Part shown: piece after piece, positions 28,695 through 38,377 of the stretch | Position numbering within the stretch: the stretch's first letter is position 1 | Layout of the letters: each line of letters starts with the position of its first letter | NCBI GenBank assembly: GCA_963806755.1 | Contig: CAWDZR010000024.1 | Coordinates: 12,091 to 76,090, forward strand | Reading direction: 5' to 3' | Source of the DNA: an uncultured Gemmatimonadales bacterium | GTDB lineage: Bacteria; Gemmatimonadota; Gemmatimonadetes; Gemmatimonadales; JACORV01 | Length of the DNA: 64,000 nucleotides | Made by a program: the position numbers and the translations under genes | Notes under the pieces: model-generated | Database searches by the model: none | What the model saw: the letters and a program-made list of their open reading frames with translations, nothing else | Told to the model about the DNA's origin: nothing

Positions 28695-29860
28695 GCGCGG
28701 CCGAAGTCTTCCCCGATTGGCGGGACCGCCCGCTCGAGGAGGTGCTGGCGCGCTGCGCCGACCTCCTCGACGACGACACCTTCCCCACCGTGGCGCGCTG
28801 GCGCGCGGCCGGGGGCAGGGTGGCGGGACACTTCCAGGTGTATTTCCCCGAGGAGATCGTGCACGCGGCGGGGATGCTCCCCTTCAAGGTGCGGGGCGCA
28901 CCCATCGAGCCGGCGCAGGCCGACTCGCGTTTCGGCTCCTACCTCTGCTCCATCGTGAAGACCTCGCTCGAGCTGGCGCTGAGCGGCCGCGTCGAGCTGG
29001 ACCTGTTCGTCACCCACCCCATCTGCGACGCGGCGCGCAACCTCGGCGCCGTGTGGGGCCGCAACTTCCCGTACCCCTGCGAGATCCTCTACCTCCCGCA
29101 GAACGCCAATTCGGCGCACGCGCCGGCGTACCTCCGCGGGGAGTACGACCGGCTGCGGCGCACCATCGAGCGGGTCGCGGGACGGGCCGTCACCGACGCG
29201 GACCTGCGGCGCTCGATCGCCGTCTTCAACGACAACCGGACGCTGATCCGCGAGCTGTACGTCCTCAAGCGCGACGCGCCGCACCTGGTGCGCGCGGACG
29301 AGGCGTACGCGCTGGTGGCGATGGGCGGCCTCATCCCGCGCGAGGAGCACAACGCCCTCCTCGCCACCGTCCTCCCCCAGTTGCGGGTGCGGCCGGTGAA
29401 GAGGCTCGACAAGGTGCGCGTCGTCTTCGAAGGGGGCTTCTGCGAGCAGCCCCCCCTCGACCTGCTGAAGGCCATTGGCCGCTCCTGCGACGTGGTGGAC
29501 GACGACCTCCTGATCGGGCTGCGCTGGCTCGTCGCGGACGTAGCCGCCGACGGCGATCCGCTCGGCGCGCTGGCCCACGCCTACCTCGAGCACTCCACCT
29601 ACAGCCCCGTGCAGCACGACCTCCGCAAGCCGAAGGAGGAGATGCTGCTCGAGCGCGTGCGGGCCTCGGGGGCGCAGGCCGCTATCGTCGCCGCGGCCAA
29701 GATGTGCGAGCCGGGGCTCGAGGAGCAGGTGGCGTATGCGCACGCCCTCGAACGGGGCGGCGTGCCGTTCTTCGTGACCGAGTTCGAGGAGAACATGTCG
29801 AGCTTCGAACAGCTCGAGGTGCAGCTCGAGACGTTCGTCGAGAACCTGCTGTTCGAATGA
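28691..29860 (+). CDS. bcrC: Benzoyl-CoA reductase subunit C
   Basis: PEEIVHAAGMLP, SYLCSI, ICDAARNL, GGFCEQPPL, VVDDD and KMCEP motifs. Confidence 0.8.
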   Translation: MSAAEVFPDWRDRPLEEVLARCADLLDDDTFPTVARWRAAGGRVAGHFQVYFPEEIVHAAGMLPFKVRGAPIEPAQADSRFGSYLCSIVKTSLELALSGRVELDLFVTHPICDAARNLGAVWGRNFPYPCEILYLPQNANSAHAPAYLRGEYDRLRRTIERVAGRAVTDADLRRSIAVFNDNRTLIRELYVLKRDAPHLVRADEAYALVAMGGLIPREEHNALLATVLPQLRVRPVKRLDKVRVVFEGGFCEQPPLDLLKAIGRSCDVVDDDLLIGLRWLVADVAADGDPLGALAHAYLEHSTYSPVQHDLRKPKEEMLLERVRASGAQAAIVAAAKMCEPGLEEQVAYAHALERGGVPFFVTEFEENMSSFEQLEVQLETFVENLLFE

Positions 29861-29870
29861 GGAGGACGGC

Positions 29871-31181
29871 GTGACGCACGCGGGGGGCGCAACGGGCATC
29901 GTGGGGCGCGGCAACGACGAGGGCGCGCGGTTGTTCCGCGCCTGGTTCCAGGAGCTGGCGGCGGCGGCGGCATCCGGTCGCCCCGCGGCCTACGTCTTCG
30001 TGATGGGGAGCCTCGGCGAGCTGATGCGCACCTTCGACCTGCCCGTCGTCTTCCCCGAGATCAATTCGCTCCAGACCGCGGTGCGCCGCGTGGCGCACGA
30101 GTACCTCAACGAAGCGGAGGACTACGGCTACTCCCCCGACATCTGCGGTTACGTGAAGGCCGACGTCGCCACGCAGCTCCGGGGCGGCGAGCTGCCCATG
30201 GGGCGGATCCCCAAGCCCTCCATCGCGGTCTACACCAACGCCTGCAACACCTACATCAAGTGGGCCGAGATCTGGGAGCGGATGTACAAGATCCCGACGT
30301 TCACCCTCGATGTGCCGGGGACGCGCGCCGCGGGCACCCAGACCTGGCCGGGCAATCCCGACTTCGAGAGCGACCGGCGCTACGTCGAGGCGCAGCTGCG
30401 CGAGCTGATCCCCATGCTCGAAAGGGTCTCGGGCGTGAAGTTCGACGTGGATCGCCTGCGCGAGGCGATGGGCCACGCCAACGCCCTCGGCCGCGGCTGG
30501 CAGCAGGTGCTCGCCCTCAATGCCAGCCGGCCGTCGGTCTTCAACGCGCTCACCGACGGCACCATCTACCTCGGCGTCGCCAACGGCTTCCGCGGCGCCC
30601 CGGAGGGCGCGGCGTACTTCACCGACCTCGTCGAGGAGATGGCGTACAAGAGCGCCCACGGCATCGGCACGTCCACCGACGAGCGTTACCGGCTGCTGTT
30701 CGTCGGCGTCCCGTGCTACCCGATCTTCCGCCGCTTCTCGGAGATGTTCACCGAGCTGGGCGGCAGCTTCGTCGGCTCGACCTACCTGCACTTCGCCTCG
30801 GGCGGCGCCAACCTCGGCTACGCGTACGACCTCGCGCGGCCCATCGAGAGCCTCGCCGAAGGCGTCCTGATCGGGGTGCGCGACGCGATGGACAGCATGT
30901 TCCACCAGACGCCGGTCCTGCTCCGCATGCTCGACGAGCTGGGGGCCGACGGGATCGTGTACCACCCCATCAAGAGCTGCCGCACCGTCTCGACCGGCCT
31001 CGCCGACAGCCGCCGCGCGCTGCTGGCCGCGCGCGACGTGCCGAGCCTGTTCATCGAGTCGGACATGATGGACCGTCGGGTGGTCTCCGAGGCGCAGCTC
31101 AAGAACCGGATTGACGCCTTTTTCGAGGGGTTGGCGTCGCGCCGCGCGGTGGCGGCCGGCCGGACCCTCCCCCAGGCCTGA
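29871..31181 (+). CDS. bcrB: Benzoyl-CoA reductase subunit B
   Basis: [30 protein letters not shown] and NRIDAFFE (HgdA/BcrB family). Confidence 0.8.
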   Translation: MTHAGGATGIVGRGNDEGARLFRAWFQELAAAAASGRPAAYVFVMGSLGELMRTFDLPVVFPEINSLQTAVRRVAHEYLNEAEDYGYSPDICGYVKADVATQLRGGELPMGRIPKPSIAVYTNACNTYIKWAEIWERMYKIPTFTLDVPGTRAAGTQTWPGNPDFESDRRYVEAQLRELIPMLERVSGVKFDVDRLREAMGHANALGRGWQQVLALNASRPSVFNALTDGTIYLGVANGFRGAPEGAAYFTDLVEEMAYKSAHGIGTSTDERYRLLFVGVPCYPIFRRFSEMFTELGGSFVGSTYLHFASGGANLGYAYDLARPIESLAEGVLIGVRDAMDSMFHQTPVLLRMLDELGADGIVYHPIKSCRTVSTGLADSRRALLAARDVPSLFIESDMMDRRVVSEAQLKNRIDAFFEGLASRRAVAAGRTLPQA

Positions 31182-31192
31182 GGAGAACGCAC

Positions 31193-32002
31193 ATGGCGTA
31201 CGCGGCAGGGGTGGACGTCGGGTCCACCCAGACCAAGGCGGTGATCGTGGACGAGCGGCGGAGGATCGTGGCGCGCTCGCTCACCATGACCGGCGCCAAC
31301 GTCACCCGCGCCGCGGAGGAGGCGTTCGCCGAGGCGCTGCGGGCCGGGAACCTCGAGGAGGAGGAGGTCGAGTACGTCGTCGGGACGGGGTACGGGCGCT
31401 ACAAGGTCACCTTCGGCAACACCCAGGTGACCGAGATCAGCTGCCACGGCCGCGGCGCGGTGCAGATGTTTCCGCGGACGCGGACGGTCGTGGACATGGG
31501 CGGCCAGGACACCAAGGCGATTCGGGTCGCGCCGACGGGCGAGATCCAGGATTTCTGCATGAACGACAAGTGCGCGGCGGGCACCGGGCGCTTTCTCGGC
31601 GCCGCCGCCAGCGCGCTCGACATTCCTCTCGACGCGCTCGGCGCCACCGCGCTCAAGGGCGAGAAGGCGGTGAAGATCAGCACCACCTGCACCGTCTTCG
31701 CCGAGTCGGAGGTGCTGGCGTGGCTCGGCCGGGGGAAGAAGATCGAGGACATCCTCCTCGGCGTGCACCAGTCCATCGCCGGCCGCTCGGCCGGGCTCGC
31801 GCGCCGCGTCGGGATCGAGACGGAGGTCACCTTCACGGGCGGCGTGGCGAAGAACGTCGCGATGATCGAGACCCTCACCCGCGCGATCGGCGTGCCCCTC
31901 AACGTGAGCGAGGACTCGCATTACATGGGCGCGCTCGGGGCGGCGCTCTTCGCCCTCGACCACGTCCTCGACGCCCGCAACCCCGCGAGGCAGCCCGCAT
32001 GA
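31193..32002 (+). CDS. bcrA: Benzoyl-CoA reductase ATPase subunit (short BcrA/BzdQ-type)
   Basis: [37 protein letters not shown] and CTVFAESE motifs. Confidence 0.75.
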   Translation: MAYAAGVDVGSTQTKAVIVDERRRIVARSLTMTGANVTRAAEEAFAEALRAGNLEEEEVEYVVGTGYGRYKVTFGNTQVTEISCHGRGAVQMFPRTRTVVDMGGQDTKAIRVAPTGEIQDFCMNDKCAAGTGRFLGAAASALDIPLDALGATALKGEKAVKISTTCTVFAESEVLAWLGRGKKIEDILLGVHQSIAGRSAGLARRVGIETEVTFTGGVAKNVAMIETLTRAIGVPLNVSEDSHYMGALGAALFALDHVLDARNPARQPA

Positions 32003-32871
32003 GCGCCTGGACCGCCGGCATCGACGTCGGATCCACCTACACCAAGGCCGTGGTGATGGGGCCCGACCTCGCCATCGCCGGCCGGGCGATGCGGCCCACC
32101 GGCTTCCAGCTCTCGCGGGTGGCGGAGGAGACCCTCGCCGCCGCCGTGCTGGACGCCGGCATCGCGGCGTCGGAGGTCGCGTACACCGTGGCCACCGGTT
32201 TCGGCCGGCACCAGGTCATGGTGGGCGACGTGAAGGTCACCGACCTGACCGCGGCGGCGCGCGGGGCCACCCTGCTCTTCCCCGGCACGCGCACCATCCT
32301 CGACGTGGGCGGGCAGACCATGAAGGCGAGCCGGCTCGGCGACGGCGCCAAGGTCCGCTCCTTCCGGCTCAACGACAAGTGCGCGGCCGGCACCGGCGCC
32401 TTTCTCGAGAAGACGGCCCGCTACATGGGGTACGGCACGGAGGAAATCGGCCCCCTCGTCGCGACCTCGAAGATGGCCACGGCCATTTCCGGGGTGTGCG
32501 CCGTGTTCGCGGAATCGGAGGTCATCAACCAGCTTTCCCAGGGGGCCGCCCCCGCCGACATCATGCACGGCGCCGTCGTCTCGCTGGTCGGCCGCTCGGT
32601 GCAGCTCATGAAGCGCGTGGGGATGGAGCCGGAGTTCACGCTGATCGGCGGAATCCTGCGCTTCGAGCGGATGGCGCAGGAGGTGCGCGAGCAGCTCGGC
32701 GCCGAGGTCAACGTGCCCCCCGGCGACCTGGTGCAGTTCACCGCCGCGCTCGGAGCGGCGCTCCTGGGCCGCCGTCGGCTGGAGCGGCTGGCGGGCCCGG
32801 CCAGCACGCTCGCGGCGCCCCTGCCGAACGGGACGGGCGCCTTACGGGCGGCGCCGGCCCCGCGCGCGTGA
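31999..32871 (+). CDS. bcrD: Benzoyl-CoA reductase ATPase subunit (BcrD/BzdP-type)
   Basis: [31 protein letters not shown] and CAVFAESE motifs. Confidence 0.75.
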   Translation: MSAWTAGIDVGSTYTKAVVMGPDLAIAGRAMRPTGFQLSRVAEETLAAAVLDAGIAASEVAYTVATGFGRHQVMVGDVKVTDLTAAARGATLLFPGTRTILDVGGQTMKASRLGDGAKVRSFRLNDKCAAGTGAFLEKTARYMGYGTEEIGPLVATSKMATAISGVCAVFAESEVINQLSQGAAPADIMHGAVVSLVGRSVQLMKRVGMEPEFTLIGGILRFERMAQEVREQLGAEVNVPPGDLVQFTAALGAALLGRRRLERLAGPASTLAAPLPNGTGALRAAPAPRA

Positions 32872-33167
32872 GCGGCGATCCCGCCGCCCCCCTGGGGAGG
32901 CTGGTGCGGCACGAGGCGCACCTGCTTTCTTCAGAGGCCCGGCTGGCGCCCGATCCGGCGCGCGTCGCGGCGGGCTGGGAGCGCCGCTTCGTCGCCGACG
33001 CAGCGCGGGCCGAGGAAGCGATGCGGCTGTACGCGGAGCTGGGCTTCGAGGTGTGCGCCGACCCGCTCGAGCCGGACGCGCTGGCCGGCGAGTGCGAGGA
33101 CTGCCGGCTGCTGATGCTGCGGACGTTCAGGACGATCTACACCCGGCGCGCGCCGGGACGAGGATGA
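32868..33167 (+). CDS. Small hypothetical protein with CxxC
   Basis: GTGA/ATGA overlaps on both sides; GWERRF...LYAELGFEV...CEDC...TIYTR. Confidence 0.7.
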   Translation: MSGDPAAPLGRLVRHEAHLLSSEARLAPDPARVAAGWERRFVADAARAEEAMRLYAELGFEVCADPLEPDALAGECEDCRLLMLRTFRTIYTRRAPGRG

Positions 33168-33874
33168 TCATGCGCTGCACCCGCTGCGGCCGCGAGGCCG
33201 CCGAACAGGACAAGTTCTGCGCCGAGTGCGGGATGTTCCTGCGCGACGCCTGGGCGGACCAGCGGTTCCAGCTGGCGCTGACGCTTGAAGCCGAGGGCAA
33301 GCCGCAGGAGGCACGCCACGAGCTGGAGCGACTGGTCGAGCTGCACCCCGACGCCGCGCTGCCGTGGCACTGCCTCGGCACCATGCACTTCCATCAGGGC
33401 ACCCTCAACCGCGCGATCGACTGCTACCGCAAGTCGCTCGACCTGGCGCCGCGGTTCCTGCTGTGCTGGTACGATCTCGGCGTGGCCTATTACCACCGCG
33501 GCAACATGCCGGCGTCCATCGCCGCCTACCGGCGCTGCCTGGAGATCGACCCGCACTACAACGCCGCCCACTATCGCCTCGGTGTCGCCCTTTTCCATGC
33601 CGGGGAACTGGACGGCGCCCGGGAGCAGTTCGAGCAGTGCACCGCGCTGACGCCCGAATACCTCCTCGCCCGTTATCACGTCGGCGTCATTCTCGAGCGG
33701 CAGGGGGACCTCAAGGCCGCCGAGCGCGAGTTCCGCTCCAACGCGGACGAGGGCGTCGGCGAGGTCAGCAGCCTCTTCCATCTGGCCGAGATCCAGAAGG
33801 GCCGGGGCGACGCGAAGGGCGCCGCCGAGCTGCTGGAGCGGGCGCGGCAGTTCGGGCGCAAGGCCTCGGCCTGA
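33164..33874 (+). CDS. Zinc-ribbon + TPR protein
   Basis: CTRCG...FCAECG followed by several TPR repeats. Confidence 0.85.
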   Translation: MIMRCTRCGREAAEQDKFCAECGMFLRDAWADQRFQLALTLEAEGKPQEARHELERLVELHPDAALPWHCLGTMHFHQGTLNRAIDCYRKSLDLAPRFLLCWYDLGVAYYHRGNMPASIAAYRRCLEIDPHYNAAHYRLGVALFHAGELDGAREQFEQCTALTPEYLLARYHVGVILERQGDLKAAEREFRSNADEGVGEVSSLFHLAEIQKGRGDAKGAAELLERARQFGRKASA

Positions 33875-33881
33875 GCGGCGC

Positions 33882-35135
33882 GTGACCGTCCCGTCGGAGG
33901 ACCGCCTCATCTACGACTGGGCCGCGGCCGGCACGGACGGCGCGGCACCGGCGCCCCGCCTCGCCATGCTCGACGACGAGACCCTGCGCGACGGCCTCCA
34001 GAGCCCGTCCGTCACCGACCCGCCGGTCGCCGCCAAGGTGGAGATCCTCCACCTCATGAACGGCCTCGGGATCGAGACCGCCGACATCGGCCTGCCGGGC
34101 GCGGGACCGCGGCAGCGCGAGGCGGTGGAGCGGCTGTGCCGGGAGATCCGCGACCAGCGGCTGCGCATCCGTGCCAACTGCGCCGGCCGGACGGTGATCG
34201 CCGACATCCAGCCGATGGCCGATGTCCAGCAGAAGACCGGCGTGCCGATCGAGGCCTGCATCTTCATCGGCTCGAGCCCGATCCGGCAGTACGCCGAGGA
34301 GTGGGGCGTGGACCGCATCCTCCGGCACACCGAGGAGGCGGTCCGCTTCGCGGTGGCCGAGGGGCTCGAGGTCATGTACGTGACGGAAGACACCATCCGC
34401 TCCCATCCCGACGATCTTCGGCTGCTGCTCACGGCCGCGGTGCGGGCGGGGGCGAAGCGGGTCTGCCTGTGCGACACGGTGGGCGCCGCGGTGCCACAGG
34501 GCGTCCGCAACCTGGTGTCGTGGACGGCGAGCCTGCTCGCCGAGCTCGGCGTAGCGGACGATGTGGGGATCGACTGGCACGGCCACCGCGACCGCGGGCT
34601 CGACGTCGCCAATACGCTGGCCGCGCTCGAAGCGGGGGCCACCCGCGTGCACGGCACCGCGCTGGGCGTCGGGGAGCGGGTCGGCAACACGCCGATCGAG
34701 CAGCTGCTGGTGAACCTCAAGCTCCTCGGCTGGCGCGACGACGATCTCACCACGCTGCCCGAGTACTCGCTCGCCGTCTCCCGCGCCGTCGGCGTACCCA
34801 TCCCGGCCAACTGGCCGATCGTCGGCCGCGACGCGTTCCGCACCGCGACCGGCGTCCACGCAGCCGCCGTGGTCAAGGCGCAGCGCAAGGGGGCCGGCTG
34901 GCTCGCCGACCGCGTCTATTCCGGTGTGCCCGCGAGCTGGGTCGGCCGCGAGCAGGAGATCGAGATCGGCCACATGTCGGGCAGCTCGAACGTGCTGTAC
35001 TACCTGCGCTCCCGCGGCCTCCCCACGGACCAGCCCGTCGTGGACGCCGTGATGGCGCTCGCCAAGCGCGCCGAGAAGCTGCTCACGGAGCGGGAGGTGC
35101 ACGACGTGGTGGAGGCGGTGACGAAGGTCAGGTGA
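33882..35135 (+). CDS. LeuA/homocitrate synthase-like DRE-TIM enzyme lacking the regulatory domain
   Basis: DETLRDGLQ, CDTVG, HGHRDRGL, GERVGN, GVHAAA and MSGSSN; 417 aa. Confidence 0.85.
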   Translation: MTVPSEDRLIYDWAAAGTDGAAPAPRLAMLDDETLRDGLQSPSVTDPPVAAKVEILHLMNGLGIETADIGLPGAGPRQREAVERLCREIRDQRLRIRANCAGRTVIADIQPMADVQQKTGVPIEACIFIGSSPIRQYAEEWGVDRILRHTEEAVRFAVAEGLEVMYVTEDTIRSHPDDLRLLLTAAVRAGAKRVCLCDTVGAAVPQGVRNLVSWTASLLAELGVADDVGIDWHGHRDRGLDVANTLAALEAGATRVHGTALGVGERVGNTPIEQLLVNLKLLGWRDDDLTTLPEYSLAVSRAVGVPIPANWPIVGRDAFRTATGVHAAAVVKAQRKGAGWLADRVYSGVPASWVGREQEIEIGHMSGSSNVLYYLRSRGLPTDQPVVDAVMALAKRAEKLLTEREVHDVVEAVTKVR

Positions 35136-35178
35136 AGTTCAGGGCGCGTCCGGGAAGTCGGCGAGGGAGCCCGACCTC

Positions 35179-36516
35179 ATGGCATCGGTGAACGACCCCG
35201 GAGGCGCGGCGGCCCACGCGGAGCGGACGCGCTTCGCCGCCCGCTTCGAGTGCATCGGCGGCGCGTGCGAGGACAGCTGCTGCTCGTTCAACTGGCGCGT
35301 CGGCCTCGACCGTGACGACTACTCGCGGCTGAAGGCCGCGCTGAGCGGCACGCCCGTGGATCGGGAGCGGTTCGAGCGCGGCTGCGCGCGCACGCCCGGG
35401 GCCCGTCCGGGCGACCGCGCCTGGGCCACGCTGCAGCGGACGGACGCAGGCGCGTGCGTCTTCCTCGCGGCCGACCGGCGCTGCTCGGTGCAGGCCGCGC
35501 ACGGGGCGGCCGCCCTTCCGGGCGTGTGCGCGACCTATCCGCGCATCCTCACGCGGGTTGGCGACCGGCTCTCGCTCACCGATACGCTGTCGTGTCCGGA
35601 GGCGGCGCGCCTGTGCCTCCTCGCCGACGACGCCTGCGCGCTGGAGCCGACCGATCCCGCGTCGCTCGCGCGGCTGCTGGTGCGTCGCCACGTGCCGCGC
35701 GCGACCCGCGACGCCCTGGTGCGCCACTTCGTGCCCGTGCGCGATGCGTTCCTCGGCCTGCTGGCCGGAAACGCGTACCCGGTGCCGAGCCGGCTGGTCT
35801 TCGCGCTGCACCTCGCGCGGCGCCTCGACGGCGTGCGGGGCACGGGCCGGACCGCGGGAGCCGCCGCAGACATCGGGGAGGTGATTCGCGACGCCCTCCG
35901 GCCCGCCATGCTCGACCGGCTGCACCGGGAGTGCCGGGCCGTCTCCGCCTCCGGCACCGGGCCGCTCGACCTGGTTCAGGAGATCCTGTCCGCGACGCTG
36001 CGCCAGCAGCACGACTCCCGTCTCGCGTCGCTGGTGCGCACCGTCACCGTGCCGTTCCCGGGCGAGGGTGGGCGCGTCGCGGAGGCGGACGACGCAGGCG
36101 GCCCCGCGGTCCGCGGGCCCGAGCTGGCCGCGGCCTACGGCCGCTCCCGCGGCGCGTGGGAAGACGCCTTCGCCGGCCGCATCGCGCGGTACCTGGCCAA
36201 TTACGTCGCGAACTTGTGGCTCCAGGAGCCGTTCACCGCCTCGCCCGACCTCACCGCCCACGTCCTGGGGCACCTGGCGCGGGTCGCGACGGTGCGGTTC
36301 CTGCTCTTCATGCACCCGGCGCTGCGCGAGGTGGGCCCTCCGCGCGCGGCCGATCCGCGCCACGGCGAGGCGCTCGACCGCGCCGTGGTCGAGGTCGTGT
36401 ACCTGTTCTCCCGCGCCATCGAGCACGGACCGGGGATGGGCACGCTGCTGCAGCAGATCGTCGCGGAGCACCGGGTGAAGGGGCGGCGCCGCGCCCTGGA
36501 GTTGGCGGCTTTCTAG
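35179..36516 (+). CDS. FliB-like flagellin lysine N-methylase family protein
   Basis: FECIGGACEDSCC..W, CVFL...CSVQ, CATYPR and LSCPEAARL motifs. Confidence 0.75.
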   Translation: MASVNDPGGAAAHAERTRFAARFECIGGACEDSCCSFNWRVGLDRDDYSRLKAALSGTPVDRERFERGCARTPGARPGDRAWATLQRTDAGACVFLAADRRCSVQAAHGAAALPGVCATYPRILTRVGDRLSLTDTLSCPEAARLCLLADDACALEPTDPASLARLLVRRHVPRATRDALVRHFVPVRDAFLGLLAGNAYPVPSRLVFALHLARRLDGVRGTGRTAGAAADIGEVIRDALRPAMLDRLHRECRAVSASGTGPLDLVQEILSATLRQQHDSRLASLVRTVTVPFPGEGGRVAEADDAGGPAVRGPELAAAYGRSRGAWEDAFAGRIARYLANYVANLWLQEPFTASPDLTAHVLGHLARVATVRFLLFMHPALREVGPPRAADPRHGEALDRAVVEVVYLFSRAIEHGPGMGTLLQQIVAEHRVKGRRRALELAAF

Positions 36517-36618
36517 ACGTACGTTCTCGCCCGTCGTCCAAGGAGCGCCGGGGTGCCGCGGATCTCTCGCGTCGCCGTCGGCTCGAAGCGCCCGCTCGAA
36601 GTCCGCCCGTGGGGGAAC

Positions 36619-37689
36619 ATGGCCGACGTTCGCGCCAGCATCGACCTCGCGCTGTCGCCCGCCGCGGCGTTCGACGCCCTGGTGGAGGAGCTGGCCAACG
36701 CGCTCGCGCGCCTGGGCATGCGCTTCGAGCCCGGCCGCGGCGGGCGCGTCGCCGAGGGCGCCTTCGACGTGGGCAAGGTCGTGGAGTGGGAGCCGGGCCG
36801 CGGGCTCGCCCTCGAGTGGCGCCACGCCAGCTGGAGCCCGGGCGTGGTCACCGAGATGCGGCTCACGCTCGAGCCGGTCGCCGGCGGAACACGGGCGACG
36901 CTGGAGCACCGCGGCTGGGACGCCGCCATCGGCGATCCGGTGGAGCTCGCCGGGTGGTTCGCAGGCCAGGTGCTGGCGCCCCTGCTGAGCGCGAGCAGTC
37001 CCGGCGCGTTCGGCGACTGGTTCACGGACCGCCGGGCCCGGCGGCCGTCGGGCCCGGCCGCCCGCGCCACCTACCTGCATCCGCTCTACCACCTTCCGAA
37101 CTTCCGGGTCATCCTCGCCGAGCTGGCGCTGACCCGCGACGATCACCTGCTCGAGGTCGGTTGCGGCGGTGGCGCCTTCCTGGGGGCGGCGCTCCACAGC
37201 GGCTGCCGCGCGTGGGGAATCGATCACAGCCGCGACATGGTGCGGCTCGCGGCGGAGGCGAACCGCGAGGCTGTCGCGGCCGGGCGCCTCGACGTCCGCG
37301 AGGCGGACGCGGCATCGCTCCCCTTCCCCGACGCCACGTTCACCTGCGCGGCGATGACGGGGGTGCTCGGCTTCCTGCCCGATCCCGTGGCGGCCCTGAG
37401 GGAGATCCGGCGCGCGCTCCGTCCCGGCGGCCGGTTCGTCGGGCAAGGCACTGATCCCGAGCTCAAGGGCACGCCCGCCGCGCCCGAGCCGATGGCCTCG
37501 CGGCTCCGCTTCTACGACAGCGCGCAGCTGGAGAGCCTGGCGCGAGAGGCCGGGTTCGACGACGTCCGCGTCGTGCGCCGCGACCTCGAGCCGTTCGCCC
37601 GCGAGGCGGGCGTACCCGAGGAGCACCTCCCGATGTTCGCCGCCGGCCGGGAAGGCGGCGCGCGGTTCCTGCTGGCCCGGAAGTCCTGA
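36619..37689 (+). CDS. SRPBCC domain + class I SAM methyltransferase fusion
   Basis: N-terminal GGTRATLEHRGW (SRPBCC); LEVGCGGG and LPFPDATF. Confidence 0.8.
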   Translation: MADVRASIDLALSPAAAFDALVEELANALARLGMRFEPGRGGRVAEGAFDVGKVVEWEPGRGLALEWRHASWSPGVVTEMRLTLEPVAGGTRATLEHRGWDAAIGDPVELAGWFAGQVLAPLLSASSPGAFGDWFTDRRARRPSGPAARATYLHPLYHLPNFRVILAELALTRDDHLLEVGCGGGAFLGAALHSGCRAWGIDHSRDMVRLAAEANREAVAAGRLDVREADAASLPFPDATFTCAAMTGVLGFLPDPVAALREIRRALRPGGRFVGQGTDPELKGTPAAPEPMASRLRFYDSAQLESLAREAGFDDVRVVRRDLEPFAREAGVPEEHLPMFAAGREGGARFLLARKS

Positions 37690-37818
37690 CTGGAATTTCA
37701 ACGGCAGGCTCAACGCGGGTGGACGGGATCCGCTGACGAACCCCTGGGTTCGCGCGGGGTACGGCACATGCCTGCGATCCGGGCAGGCCGCGCAGTTGAA
37801 CCTCCACCAGGAGAGCCC

Positions 37819-38301
37819 ATGTCCACTGCGAGCAGCGCCAGGCGCTACGTCTGGCTGATCCCTACCCTCGGGTTGCTGGCGTGCGGGGAGAAGAAAGCGG
37901 CCCCGCCCCCGGCGGCGGCCGCGGCCGAGAGCACCACGGCCATGGCGGCGCCCCCCGCGCCCGTGACGGCGACGCTGTCCGAGAAGAACGGCAGCGGCAT
38001 CACCGGCACCGTGACCCTGACGAAGCAGGGCGACTCCACGCAGGTCACCCTGACGCTGAACGGGGGCCGGGCGGGCCTCAAGTACCCGAGCCACATCCAC
38101 GGCGGCACCTGCACGACGCCCGGCGCGGTGGTGGCGCCGCTCGGCGACGTCGCGGTCGGCAAGGACAAGTCCGGCAGCACGACGACGATGGTGCTGACCA
38201 GCGTGCTCGACTCGGCGCGGATGAAGCTCGGCGGGCTCATCGAGCAGTCCCACCTGGCGCGCGGGATGAAGCCGGTGGCCTGCGCGGAGATCCCGCAGTA
38301 A
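37819..38301 (+). CDS. Lipoprotein with Cu/Zn SOD- or CHRD-like domain
   Basis: LLAC lipobox; NGSGITGTVTL, PSHIHGGTC and VACAEI. Confidence 0.7.
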   Translation: MSTASSARRYVWLIPTLGLLACGEKKAAPPPAAAAAESTTAMAAPPAPVTATLSEKNGSGITGTVTLTKQGDSTQVTLTLNGGRAGLKYPSHIHGGTCTTPGAVVAPLGDVAVGKDKSGSTTTMVLTSVLDSARMKLGGLIEQSHLARGMKPVACAEIPQ

Positions 38302-38315
38302 GGCCCCGGAACGGG

Positions 38316-38354
38316 GAACGCCTCACCGGCTCGCCCGAGCCCGGTGAGGCGTTC
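38316..38354. terminator. Hairpin between convergent genes
   Basis: gaacgcctcaccgg...ccggtgaggcgttc 14-bp stem. Confidence 0.7.
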
Positions 38355-38377
38355 GCCTGCCGTCGCCGGCCCGCGGG

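Noticed and set aside
26250-32871. Apparent N-terminal extensions or fusions on SDR, bcrC and bcrD ORFs
   Set aside because: Open alternative frames of upstream genes; true starts overlap the upstream stops
33882-35135. Assigning leuA
   Set aside because: No regulatory domain and no leucine-biosynthesis context; only family-level support
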